Assembly (NCBI GenBank): GCA_964371595.1
Contig: CAYJNJ010000005.1
Location: 5,625-69,624 of the forward strand
Length of the DNA stretch: 64,000 nt
Origin: an uncultured Bacteroidales bacterium
GTDB lineage: Bacteria; Bacteroidota; Bacteroidia; Bacteroidales; JAGOPY01
Reading direction: 5' to 3'
Below the pieces are notes generated by a model. The model searched no databases and was not told where the DNA came from. It worked only from the letters and a program-made list of their open reading frames with translations. The position numbers and the translations under genes are program-made. Below are positions 26,135 to 34,254 of the stretch, piece by piece. Each line of letters opens with the position of its first letter. Position 1 is the first letter of the stretch.

Positions 26135-26321
26135 AATGACGCACGACCGCGGGAAATAAAGGGAAAAAGAGCGGCGCGGCATGCAAGCTGGTTGCCAATA
26201 GCAAATTCCTTAGTTGCCGCGCCGCTCTTCTCTTTTACTTCGCTCTCTGCGTCATTCCCACGCAAGTGGGAATCTGCCTGCCAGCCGCGCCGTCGTCATT
26301 CCCACGCAAGTGGGAATCTGC
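26114..26321. repeat. REP-like hairpins ATTCCCGC-tttc-GCGGGAAT (26114-26143) and ATTCCCAC-gcaa-GTGGGAAT x2 (26248-26277, 26292-26321) in inverted arrangement around a 14-bp-stem hairpin (26167-26229)
   Basis: The reverse complement of unit B matches unit A at about 25 of 30 nt. Central stem aagagcggcgcggc / gccgcgccgctctt. Confidence 0.85.
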
Positions 26322-26348
26322 CAGCCTGCCGTGCCACCGTCATTCCGA

Positions 26349-26364
26349 TCCGCCAGCTGGCGGA
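26349..26364. repeat. Palindrome TCCGCCAGCTGGCGGA (copy 2 of 3)
   Basis: Exact match. Confidence 0.9.
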
Positions 26365-26427
26365 TGTTGCTTGGGATTTGGAATTATTATGTACCAGAAG
26401 GCTATCGAAGAAAGCTTTCAAAATGAT

Positions 26428-26435
26428 TATCTTTG
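26428..26435 (+). promoter_or_regulatory. -7 box TAtcTTTG upstream of the DUF4160-like gene
   Basis: TAnnTTTG match 18 nt before the ATG at 26453. Confidence 0.5.
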
Positions 26436-26452
26436 TAAAAAAGATAACCTAT

Positions 26453-26602
26453 ATGCCAAAACTCTATGAATATTTCGGCCTGATCTTTCTATTCTATTCT
26501 AATGAACATGAACCTATTCATGTTCATGGAAAATTCCAGGATAAAGAAAGCAAGGCGGAAATCGTTGAAATAGTACCTGAAAAAATAACAAGGAAAGTTT
26601 AA
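26453..26602 (+). CDS. DUF4160-like small protein, short form (49 aa)
   Basis: MPKLYEYFGLIFLFYSNEHEPIHVHG matches the family's N-terminal FY..E...P.H.H core. I chose the start at 26453. The upstream part of the long ORF translates repeat DNA. Confidence 0.6.
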   Translation: MPKLYEYFGLIFLFYSNEHEPIHVHGKFQDKESKAEIVEIVPEKITRKV

Positions 26603-26606
26603 GAAA

Positions 26607-26849
26607 ATGGTCATTACAATAACAAACGCCGAATACCTGGGGGATTACAGGATCAAACTTTTTTTTTCAGATGGTATGGAAAAAGAGATTGATTTTGAGA
26701 TTTTTTTAAGGAATGCCAAAAATCCTATGGCCAGAAAGTACCTCGATGAAAAATTGTTCAGGAATTTTAAAATCGAGTATGGTGATATTATCTGGAACGA
26801 CTACGAAATGTGTTTCCCGATTTGGAATCTTTACGAAGGAAAGATTTAA
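26607..26849 (+). CDS. DUF2442-like small protein (80 aa)
   Basis: ITNAEYLGDYRIKLFFSDGMEKEIDF is typical of the DUF2442 N-terminus. Starts 4 nt after the upstream gene. Confidence 0.6.
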   Translation: MVITITNAEYLGDYRIKLFFSDGMEKEIDFEIFLRNAKNPMARKYLDEKLFRNFKIEYGDIIWNDYEMCFPIWNLYEGKI

Positions 26850-26869
26850 TTCATTTCACACCCCCTTCC

Positions 26870-29578
26870 CTATTTCACTATAACTTTACCGGAATATCTT
26901 CCTTTCACCGTTTGTACATCAACCAGATAGATCCCTGGTGGAAAGTTCATTGCCGGGATATCGACTTGCCGATTCTTGAATCTGCCTGAAAAAACTTCTC
27001 CCCCGTTAATATTACAGATATTTACACGGATAATAGCCTCTGGTGCATGAATAGCGATATTTCCTGTCGCAGGATTAGGGAAAATCCTGACCAGGTTTTC
27101 AAGATCCGGGTTAATTTTTTGAATTCCTACCATTTTTGGGTCGAATACACAGATCAAATCGGGACCGGGAACAGGAATTAAAAACAGGTCATGATCACTT
27201 TCATACATTAACTGGGATGACACGCCGGGCATGCTATAGGTCTCCCTGTCATAGATCAGGGAATCGGGTGTAAGGACCATCGGAATGCCTCTGACGTCGA
27301 TCCGCATTTTCAGGTTCAGGTCATAATTTATGAGCTGATTGCTGATAATTTCCCCTGATATAGGATTGATAATATAAATGTAATTTTTTTTACCCAGAAC
27401 ATAAAAAATTCCGTCAATAGGGCTGTATGCAGAGGAATAACTCTCCTGGCCAAGATTCACTATATTCTCCAGGAATGAATTTTCCCTGTCAAGGTAAATG
27501 ATGGGCACTTGCGTTGTACCCAGCCCAATCGCAACCACTCTTTTTGAATCATCCGTGAATGCAAAATCAACTATGCATTCGGAAGTGGCAGGTACAGATG
27601 CAAGCAGGTCAAGATTTTCAGCATCAATAATATTTACCACCATTCCAAAACCAGGATCATTGGCACCGACCAACAGCAGTTTTTCATCAGGGCTAAGGGC
27701 GCTGGTAGTTTTAATTGTTACTTCCCGATTTGTTATTTGCAGCTGGCAGGTGCATCCGCTGGTTGTCGTGAAATGCTGCACATAGCTTGCCGCTCCATCA
27801 ATTACGATTTTATTTATTCGTGCATAGATCCCCGCGATATACTCGATCACATAGGCGAATTGTCCGTCGGATGTTACATAGGCTTCTCTGACATTGGGAA
27901 TGGGAAGTTCGGCAAGAACCTGGTATGTTTCGAGAGAAATAATCCGGACAGTACCTGCTAACCTACCGTAAACAATGGCCAGATCAGTCCCGGGCACTGC
28001 TTTAATACCAGACATTAAAGTATAGGGTATTATCGTATCCGTCTGGTTATCTGTTCTGTTGATGACACTCAGGTTATGCGTAAGAAGGTTGGCAACGAGG
28101 AAATTTTTACCATCACCCGAAATACTAACTTCTGCCGGGACGTCCGCCTCAGGTAATTGGCCGCACACCACGGCTGTATCGACCAGAATCTCATTAAAAT
28201 TACTAAAATCAAATCCATAAAGGGTTTCATTATAATTTGCCTCTCCACCATAATAGTTTAAATTTCCCACCCGAAGCTTGTTTTCAGTCGGGGAAACGCC
28301 GAGGGGCAACTGTGGCTCTATATCCGGGTATATATCATAAGTATTGATAACCTCTCCACTTTCAAAATTGATAAAATTAAGATGCATTCCGGCGGCAGAT
28401 ACAACATATTCACCATCCGATGAAGTAAAAACAGGGTCATCCATTACAATATCCCAGGCCGGGACAAGTTGACAGGCGTGTGTATTAAAATCAAAAATAC
28501 AGTAACGGCCATTAAATGAATCTGCCACCAGAACCCTGGAGCTGTCGCCATTGAAAACCAGGTCTGAATAATCGGCCAATCCCAACCAGCAATCAGCAGT
28601 AGTGCAAATAGAATCTATCACTGTAAGATCATCAGCAAGGTACCTGTACATTTTGACAGTATCATCATTATTAGAATAGACGTAGAGCCTTTCTCCGCCT
28701 GCAGAATAGGCAGCCCCGCACCATCTGCCTATCATAAGCGTCTTTATTATATATGTGGTTTGGGGACTAAAAACAGTAGGCCTTCCCTGCCGGTCTGCGA
28801 TAAACTGGTCCCCATCGGGTGAAAGCACAAATTTGGTAAATTTATAGAACGTCCTTCCATACGAAGATATCCATCCATAATGATGAAAGGTAGGGGCTCC
28901 AAAATAAACCTGCTGATTTGTCTTAAGATCCACTTTCACAAATTGTCCCTGCGTAAAAGTGGCACATGCCAGATAGGCAGTGTCCTCATCAGGACTTAAC
29001 TCCACCTGGCAAGGAAATCCGTCAAGCGGGACGAAATCCGACAGGGAAAAATCTATGAGTGAAATAATGTAAAAGGCCTGGCCTTTATGGCAGCAGACAT
29101 AAGCAAAGTCAGTCCCCATTTTGATATCAAGAGGTTGCCTGCCGACCTGGACCGAAGCCAGCACAGCATTTGTCACCGCATCATAAAATACAACGTTATC
29201 GCTATTCTGGTAAGCAACAGCATAATAACTGCCATCCTTAGCGTATTCAATAACTGAGGGAAGGTCGCCCTCAAGGGGCAACCCGGGTTCAATCAATTGA
29301 AGGATCTCATCCCGGCCAACAGAAGGGCTGTTGTTCCAGCTTTCCCACATATAGCCCAGATCGAAAACATAGGTTTCATCCGGACCCTGACACTTAATAA
29401 TGGGGTTTTCACTCACATCAGGTATCGAAAACTGTTGTGTCTTTTCCCCGTCATTATATTTAAGAAAACCAGGATTTCCATCACCTGGGGCGAAGAGTGT
29501 CACTTGCTGTGCGGACACGTAAATGGCCATTAAAACAATTGTAGGAATAAGGGCCTCTTTAAATGAGAATGATTTCAT
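26870..29578 (-). CDS. Secreted beta-propeller-repeat protein with a T9SS type-A C-terminal sorting domain
   Basis: Signal peptide. Repetitive strand-rich body. C-terminus RIFPNPATGNIAIH...GIYLVDVQTVKGRYSGKVIVK. Confidence 0.7.
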   Translation of the reverse strand: MKSFSFKEALIPTIVLMAIYVSAQQVTLFAPGDGNPGFLKYNDGEKTQQFSIPDVSENPIIKCQGPDETYVFDLGYMWESWNNSPSVGRDEILQLIEPGLPLEGDLPSVIEYAKDGSYYAVAYQNSDNVVFYDAVTNAVLASVQVGRQPLDIKMGTDFAYVCCHKGQAFYIISLIDFSLSDFVPLDGFPCQVELSPDEDTAYLACATFTQGQFVKVDLKTNQQVYFGAPTFHHYGWISSYGRTFYKFTKFVLSPDGDQFIADRQGRPTVFSPQTTYIIKTLMIGRWCGAAYSAGGERLYVYSNNDDTVKMYRYLADDLTVIDSICTTADCWLGLADYSDLVFNGDSSRVLVADSFNGRYCIFDFNTHACQLVPAWDIVMDDPVFTSSDGEYVVSAAGMHLNFINFESGEVINTYDIYPDIEPQLPLGVSPTENKLRVGNLNYYGGEANYNETLYGFDFSNFNEILVDTAVVCGQLPEADVPAEVSISGDGKNFLVANLLTHNLSVINRTDNQTDTIIPYTLMSGIKAVPGTDLAIVYGRLAGTVRIISLETYQVLAELPIPNVREAYVTSDGQFAYVIEYIAGIYARINKIVIDGAASYVQHFTTTSGCTCQLQITNREVTIKTTSALSPDEKLLLVGANDPGFGMVVNIIDAENLDLLASVPATSECIVDFAFTDDSKRVVAIGLGTTQVPIIYLDRENSFLENIVNLGQESYSSAYSPIDGIFYVLGKKNYIYIINPISGEIISNQLINYDLNLKMRIDVRGIPMVLTPDSLIYDRETYSMPGVSSQLMYESDHDLFLIPVPGPDLICVFDPKMVGIQKINPDLENLVRIFPNPATGNIAIHAPEAIIRVNICNINGGEVFSGRFKNRQVDIPAMNFPPGIYLVDVQTVKGRYSGKVIVK

Positions 29579-30816
29579 GGTATAGAAATATTAAGAGACA
29601 GCTTTTTGATGGCATTTTCTATCGATTCATCCGGTTCAATAATATTGTTCTCTCCCCAGAAATCGGTATCCGTCAGGTCCTCAACTTTTTCAGTGAAAAT
29701 CATGTTCTGCCTGAATACTTCCTGGTTGCCGAATTTCACGATATGCTCTTCACTCCTGCCGGTGATGGCCATTTCCGACATTATCGAATAATTATTCTTA
29801 AACAACCTCTTTTTCCAGTCACAACGGAATTTCATATCAACACGCACATAATTGAGGTAGAATTTGCCACTTTCCTCTTTATAACTTACCAGGTAACTGG
29901 TCGATACAGGAACAAACACCAATCCCGCCGGTTTTTTCTGAACAAAAACTTCCGCAGCCTTTTTTTCATCACTGAGATCAAGGCTGAATTCAGCCCGTGT
30001 TAAAGCAAAATTATCCTGGGAGATATACAGCTTACCGGTATAAAGCGGATCTGCTTTAATAATATATGGTGAAAAGGTAATTACCCAGTTCTGCTTATCA
30101 TCAATATTTACCACCGGTCCGAAGCTGAACCGGTAATTATCAAGGGTATCCAGGGCTATGCCAAGGTCAGTATTTTTAACAATGTCGAGAAGCATTAACA
30201 CTTTTGGCCCTCCCTGGAGTTGAACCATCAGGGTATCCGCCTTTTTTATATTCGATCCTTTGCGGCCTTTGTAAATTTTCACCTGGTCAGCCTGCATCCC
30301 CGGATACGGGGCTTTATAAATATCTATTACGGCTTCGGAAATTGAAATATAGTCGCGGCGCTGCATAACAGACTCCCTGTAGAAGCCGGTCATCATGTTG
30401 GGCACTTCACTGTAATTCGTACGGCGGTTTCTTAAGGCCGATTCCACAATGCTTCGTGCATCTTTCGGTACAACAGGGATTTCTTTCAATTGCACGGGCT
30501 GGATTTCGAGAAGGAATGTTTTTTGTATCCCTGTAGATTCGCTGATCTTAAACCTTTTTGTGGCATATCCCAGGTGAGATACTTCAAATTCCCCGGAATT
30601 AAGTGAATTATTCACTTTTAACGTAAATTCCCCGTCGGAATTGGAGATAGTGCCGATGCCCGTACCTGGCACAGAAATCGATGCAAAAGTGATCTTATCC
30701 CCGGTACCTGCATCTTTAAGGAGCCCGCTAATCGTAATATACGTACCCTGTGCTGCAGTTACGCTGCATGCAGCAAGCAAAAGAATTGCAATGCAATTGC
30801 GTAGTAAATTTTTCAT
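29575..30816 (-). CDS. Secreted carboxypeptidase-regulatory-like (CarboxypepD_reg) domain protein
   Basis: Signal peptide MKNLLRNCIAILLLAACSVTAAQG. ISGLLKDAGTGDKITFASISVPGTGIGTISNSDGEFTLKV. ATGA overlap with the downstream gene. Confidence 0.65.
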   Translation of the reverse strand: MKNLLRNCIAILLLAACSVTAAQGTYITISGLLKDAGTGDKITFASISVPGTGIGTISNSDGEFTLKVNNSLNSGEFEVSHLGYATKRFKISESTGIQKTFLLEIQPVQLKEIPVVPKDARSIVESALRNRRTNYSEVPNMMTGFYRESVMQRRDYISISEAVIDIYKAPYPGMQADQVKIYKGRKGSNIKKADTLMVQLQGGPKVLMLLDIVKNTDLGIALDTLDNYRFSFGPVVNIDDKQNWVITFSPYIIKADPLYTGKLYISQDNFALTRAEFSLDLSDEKKAAEVFVQKKPAGLVFVPVSTSYLVSYKEESGKFYLNYVRVDMKFRCDWKKRLFKNNYSIMSEMAITGRSEEHIVKFGNQEVFRQNMIFTEKVEDLTDTDFWGENNIIEPDESIENAIKKLSLNISIP

Positions 30817-30871
30817 GGCTGGTTATTTAAGAAAACAGCCCATGAAATTATTGCTTTTCCCGGTAAAAAGC

Positions 30872-30904
30872 AAATAAAAAAGCAGGCGCATCGCTGCGCC
30901 TGCC
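30872..30904 (-). terminator. Rho-independent terminator of the 622-aa gene
   Basis: The minus strand reads GCAGGCGCA-GCGA-TGCGCCTGC followed by TTTTTTATTT, 19 nt after the stop. Confidence 0.7.
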
Positions 30905-30922
30905 AACCTAAATACTTAAAGA

Positions 30923-32791
30923 CTAAACATTATAGAAAAAAATCTGCTCGACCGGGCCACTGTAACCCCATCCGGAATCACCATTATGGAGGCGAGCAAG
31001 TGCCCAGAGCTTCAATGAATAGGTACACTTAGTCATGTCGTTCGGAGGATTGTTGAGCTGAAGGCTCATGTTGCCGTTTCCATCCACAGCAGGACTGGTA
31101 TTTCCGATCAACGTCAGGAACCCATCGGTTATGTCGCGATTTACCGTGTAGCTGTTGTTATTCAGGTGCATCACGGCCGCGCCGAGATGCGGATGGTAGA
31201 CCGTGTACTTGGCATGTAATGTCCCTGAAACCGGGGCGCAAAGCGCCGCTTCCAGCTCGGTGATGGCCAGCTTGATGAATACCGAATTATTATTGATCAC
31301 GGCCGAGTTCAGGGTTTTACCACTGCCCGGTAGAAGAGTGAAGATATTCAACGGCTTGTTGATCACTTCCCTGATTTCAAAGCGGATAGCAACTTTTTCT
31401 ATCGGGATCTTCAGCCCTGCCGGCACTGCATTACCGACAGCCACGGAAGCTGGCGGAACGTCCGGCGCAGTAGTCAGCACCCTCGTATCCAGCGATAACA
31501 GCGTGTCCTCATCGATCATAAAATAATTACTCAGGGGACCCAGGCCGTTGATCAGCAAGGTGCGGTCAATAGCCTTGTTCAAATCAAACCAGCCATTGGC
31601 ATCAAAATCAGCCTGGTCGCTGACCACATCGTAAACCGTCCATGGAAATACTTTTTCCATGAGCTTGGCAACTGTGCTGGCCACAAACAAACCCGGCGTA
31701 ACTCCGAGGATTTTCGAAAAGTTCCCTAAAGCAGGCGCCGGTCCTCCATTTGGAGTAGTGACATGGCTGACCAGGAAGCGGTATTCGATCGGGTTTCCTC
31801 CTGCAGATTTAAATGCAGACTGGCCTGTCAGCCTGATCACGCTGGTCAGGGCTGATTTCCCGCTGCCGGCATAACCATTGACGTCAAAATCTTTCGGCCC
31901 AACACCGGTTGTAATGTTGAATGCCAGACCGATTCCGGTCCAGGCGCTTGGAAGGACCTCTCCCCCATCGTCAACGATCGGCACCTTGGTGCATAGCTGC
32001 ACGCAAAGGCAATAACCTACATTATTACGCCGGTTGGCCTTTGTTTCGCTTATAAGTACCAGGCTCCCGATGGATGCCTTGAAATAGACATCCGGCCCGC
32101 TATGGAAAGTAAGGGGTAAACCGGGATCCGTTTCTACATTTATCCAGGGGGACAAAAAGGTCTGCTTGAATTTAAGCGATGTGTAATCTATCCTGAAATG
32201 GCCGTTGGAATCGGTGGTATCCGAGCCCAGGTTGTCATCCGTGAGAAAGTCAGCATCAAAAGCGGTGACTTTGGCATTGGGTATAGGGGCCCCTGTTTCA
32301 CACTGGGTCAGGGTGCCGCAAATTACCCAGGCGTCGAAGTAGTACCCTCGGATATGGCACCACCACTTGGCGGGAATGAAATATTCCCAATGGAAATAAT
32401 AGTTCCTCTTGTTTTCTTCAATTCTCCATTGAGGATAAATTGTAGTAATGTGGAACTGGATAGGTTCTTTACGGCGTGGGACAGGAGGTTTGGCTGGAAC
32501 GGTACCGCACACGAAATCAATATCGAATGCAGTTTCGGCATACTTTTTATCCAGTTCAAACTCATAATTGCCTTCAGCATCCGTTTTAGCAGTAGCAATT
32601 AGCAACTTTTTCCTGGCTTTAGCTTCTTCCTTGTTCACTAAATGAAAAGTTTCTTTGGCATTGGCTATTGTATTGACGAGGATCTTTTCTTTTTGCCAGG
32701 GTAAATACAGCAGCACTTCCATGCCTGAGAGCGGTTCTGTGCATTCTTCACACAGGTAACCACGCAGATTTCCTTTAAAAATGAATTTCAT
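30923..32791 (-). CDS. Hypothetical 622-aa protein. The N-terminal region may contain transthyretin/CarboxypepD_reg-like beta-sandwiches. No signal peptide and no T9SS CTD
   Basis: Long clean ORF with its own terminator and a 430-nt upstream spacer. The N-terminus MKFIFKGNLRGYLCEECTEPLSGMEVLLY and a later GAPIPNAKVTAFDADFLTDDNLGSDTTDSNGHFRIDY segment resemble Ig-like sandwich modules. Confidence 0.7.
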   Translation of the reverse strand: MKFIFKGNLRGYLCEECTEPLSGMEVLLYLPWQKEKILVNTIANAKETFHLVNKEEAKARKKLLIATAKTDAEGNYEFELDKKYAETAFDIDFVCGTVPAKPPVPRRKEPIQFHITTIYPQWRIEENKRNYYFHWEYFIPAKWWCHIRGYYFDAWVICGTLTQCETGAPIPNAKVTAFDADFLTDDNLGSDTTDSNGHFRIDYTSLKFKQTFLSPWINVETDPGLPLTFHSGPDVYFKASIGSLVLISETKANRRNNVGYCLCVQLCTKVPIVDDGGEVLPSAWTGIGLAFNITTGVGPKDFDVNGYAGSGKSALTSVIRLTGQSAFKSAGGNPIEYRFLVSHVTTPNGGPAPALGNFSKILGVTPGLFVASTVAKLMEKVFPWTVYDVVSDQADFDANGWFDLNKAIDRTLLINGLGPLSNYFMIDEDTLLSLDTRVLTTAPDVPPASVAVGNAVPAGLKIPIEKVAIRFEIREVINKPLNIFTLLPGSGKTLNSAVINNNSVFIKLAITELEAALCAPVSGTLHAKYTVYHPHLGAAVMHLNNNSYTVNRDITDGFLTLIGNTSPAVDGNGNMSLQLNNPPNDMTKCTYSLKLWALARLHNGDSGWGYSGPVEQIFFYNV

Positions 32792-33222
32792 AATTTTTAC
32801 ATTTTTATATTTTGCCTACTCTTTTCATTTGGATTTTCGGCATTTTCCATTTTCTTATGCATAATACATACAAGCCCCATTTTGAGGAAAATTGTCATCA
32901 GGAAAGTGGTTTAAATTAATCCTGCACTACCGGGGGGGGAAATCAGGTGGCAGGTAAAAGCAAATACAGATTAAAGTCCTGGCATTAATTCTATAAAAGT
33001 AAAGTAATTTATATCGAAAGTCAATGGATATATTACTTTTTAACTTAAAAATAACATATCGAATGCCGTGGTAATTTTATTCGAGGTATTCAACAATTGT
33101 GTATGAAATCATATTGACTTTAATCATATATTTAGTATCTTAGTAGCTTATTCTGAACGCATAAATATCCTACTGTGGTTTGCTTATCGGCGCTTGTTGA
33201 TTGAAATCATTAAATAACTGCA

Positions 33223-34224
33223 ATGGCTATGAAAACACGCACTATTTTGCTTTTCATCATCCTTACCGGTAGTCGGTTTCTTTTTTCACAGGTTGCTGTC
33301 AACACAGACGGCAATCCTTCCCACAGTTCGGCAATACTTGATGTCCAGTCCACCAGTAAAGGTTTCCTTCTTCCAAGAATGAGTTATTCGGCCCTGTATG
33401 CAATTGAAAGCCCGGCCGAAGGGCTGATGGTTTTTTGTATGGATTGCGGTGTGGCTTGTGAAGGCTTACTGGTTATTTATTGCGATGGTTCGTGGAAGGT
33501 TATGAATACCGTTTGCCTGTTACCGAAAGCACCTCTGGCAGGCAGCCACACCCCTGCCCTGACCCAGATAACCTGGAATTGGCTGGGCGTTGATGGGGCT
33601 ACGGGTTACAGGTGGAATACAACAGATAACCTGGAAACAGCGGTTGATATGGGCACAACGTTGACTTACACTGAAACCGGGTTGACCCCAAACACGTCTT
33701 ATACCCGTTATGTATGGTCATATAATACTTGCGGGGATTCCCCCAGTGGAAGCATGAATGCCCAAACCATTCCCTATTACATAGGTGCAAATTATGGGGG
33801 CGGGATCATCTTTTACATCGATGGCACAGGAAACCATGGACTGATCTCGGCTGCATCTGATCAAAGCAATGCAGCACAATGGGGTTGTTCCGGGACAATT
33901 ACCGGCGCCACCGGAACTGCTATTGGTACAGGCCAGGCTAATACTACAACCATCGTTGGTGCATGCAGTGAATCCGGGATCGCCGCACGTATTTGTGATG
34001 ACCTCGAATTGAATGGATATAGTGACTGGTTCCTTCCATCTAAAGATGAACTGATTCAGATGTTCGCCCAGAAAAATGTCATCGGGGGCTTTACAAATGA
34101 AGATTATTTCAGCTCGTCAGAATGTAATGCCACACAGGCCTGGGAAAAAGTTTTCTGGTACGGTGATCAGTACTGCTGGTCAAAAAGCCTCCCGTACTAT
34201 GTCAGGGCGATAAGGGCGTTCTGA
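33223..34224 (+). CDS. Secreted protein with an Fn3-like module and a DUF1566 (Lcl C-terminal)-like domain
   Basis: Signal peptide. ITWNWLGVDGATGYRWNT (Fn3-like). GYSDWFLPSKDELIQMF is typical of DUF1566. Confidence 0.55.
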   Translation: MAMKTRTILLFIILTGSRFLFSQVAVNTDGNPSHSSAILDVQSTSKGFLLPRMSYSALYAIESPAEGLMVFCMDCGVACEGLLVIYCDGSWKVMNTVCLLPKAPLAGSHTPALTQITWNWLGVDGATGYRWNTTDNLETAVDMGTTLTYTETGLTPNTSYTRYVWSYNTCGDSPSGSMNAQTIPYYIGANYGGGIIFYIDGTGNHGLISAASDQSNAAQWGCSGTITGATGTAIGTGQANTTTIVGACSESGIAARICDDLELNGYSDWFLPSKDELIQMFAQKNVIGGFTNEDYFSSSECNATQAWEKVFWYGDQYCWSKSLPYYVRAIRAF

Positions 34225-34248
34225 CAGTTCGCAGTTCGAAGTTCGCAG
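34225..34248. repeat. AGTTCGM heptamer x3 between convergent genes
   Basis: cagttcgcagttcgaagttcgcag. Confidence 0.75.
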
Positions 34249-34254
34249 TAATGC

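Noticed and set aside
26033-26602. 189-aa ORF spanning the repeat island
   Set aside because: Its first 140 residues or so translate the REP and tandem repeats (SFPRKWES- and HSHASGNL-type peptides). Only the last 49 codons, behind a good -7 box, look like a real gene.
32792-33222. Riboswitch or small RNA in the 430-nt spacer between the orphan gene and the Fn3/DUF1566 gene
   Set aside because: No conserved riboswitch core or strong hairpin-terminator pair is recognisable by eye. It is left as an unannotated AT-rich regulatory region.
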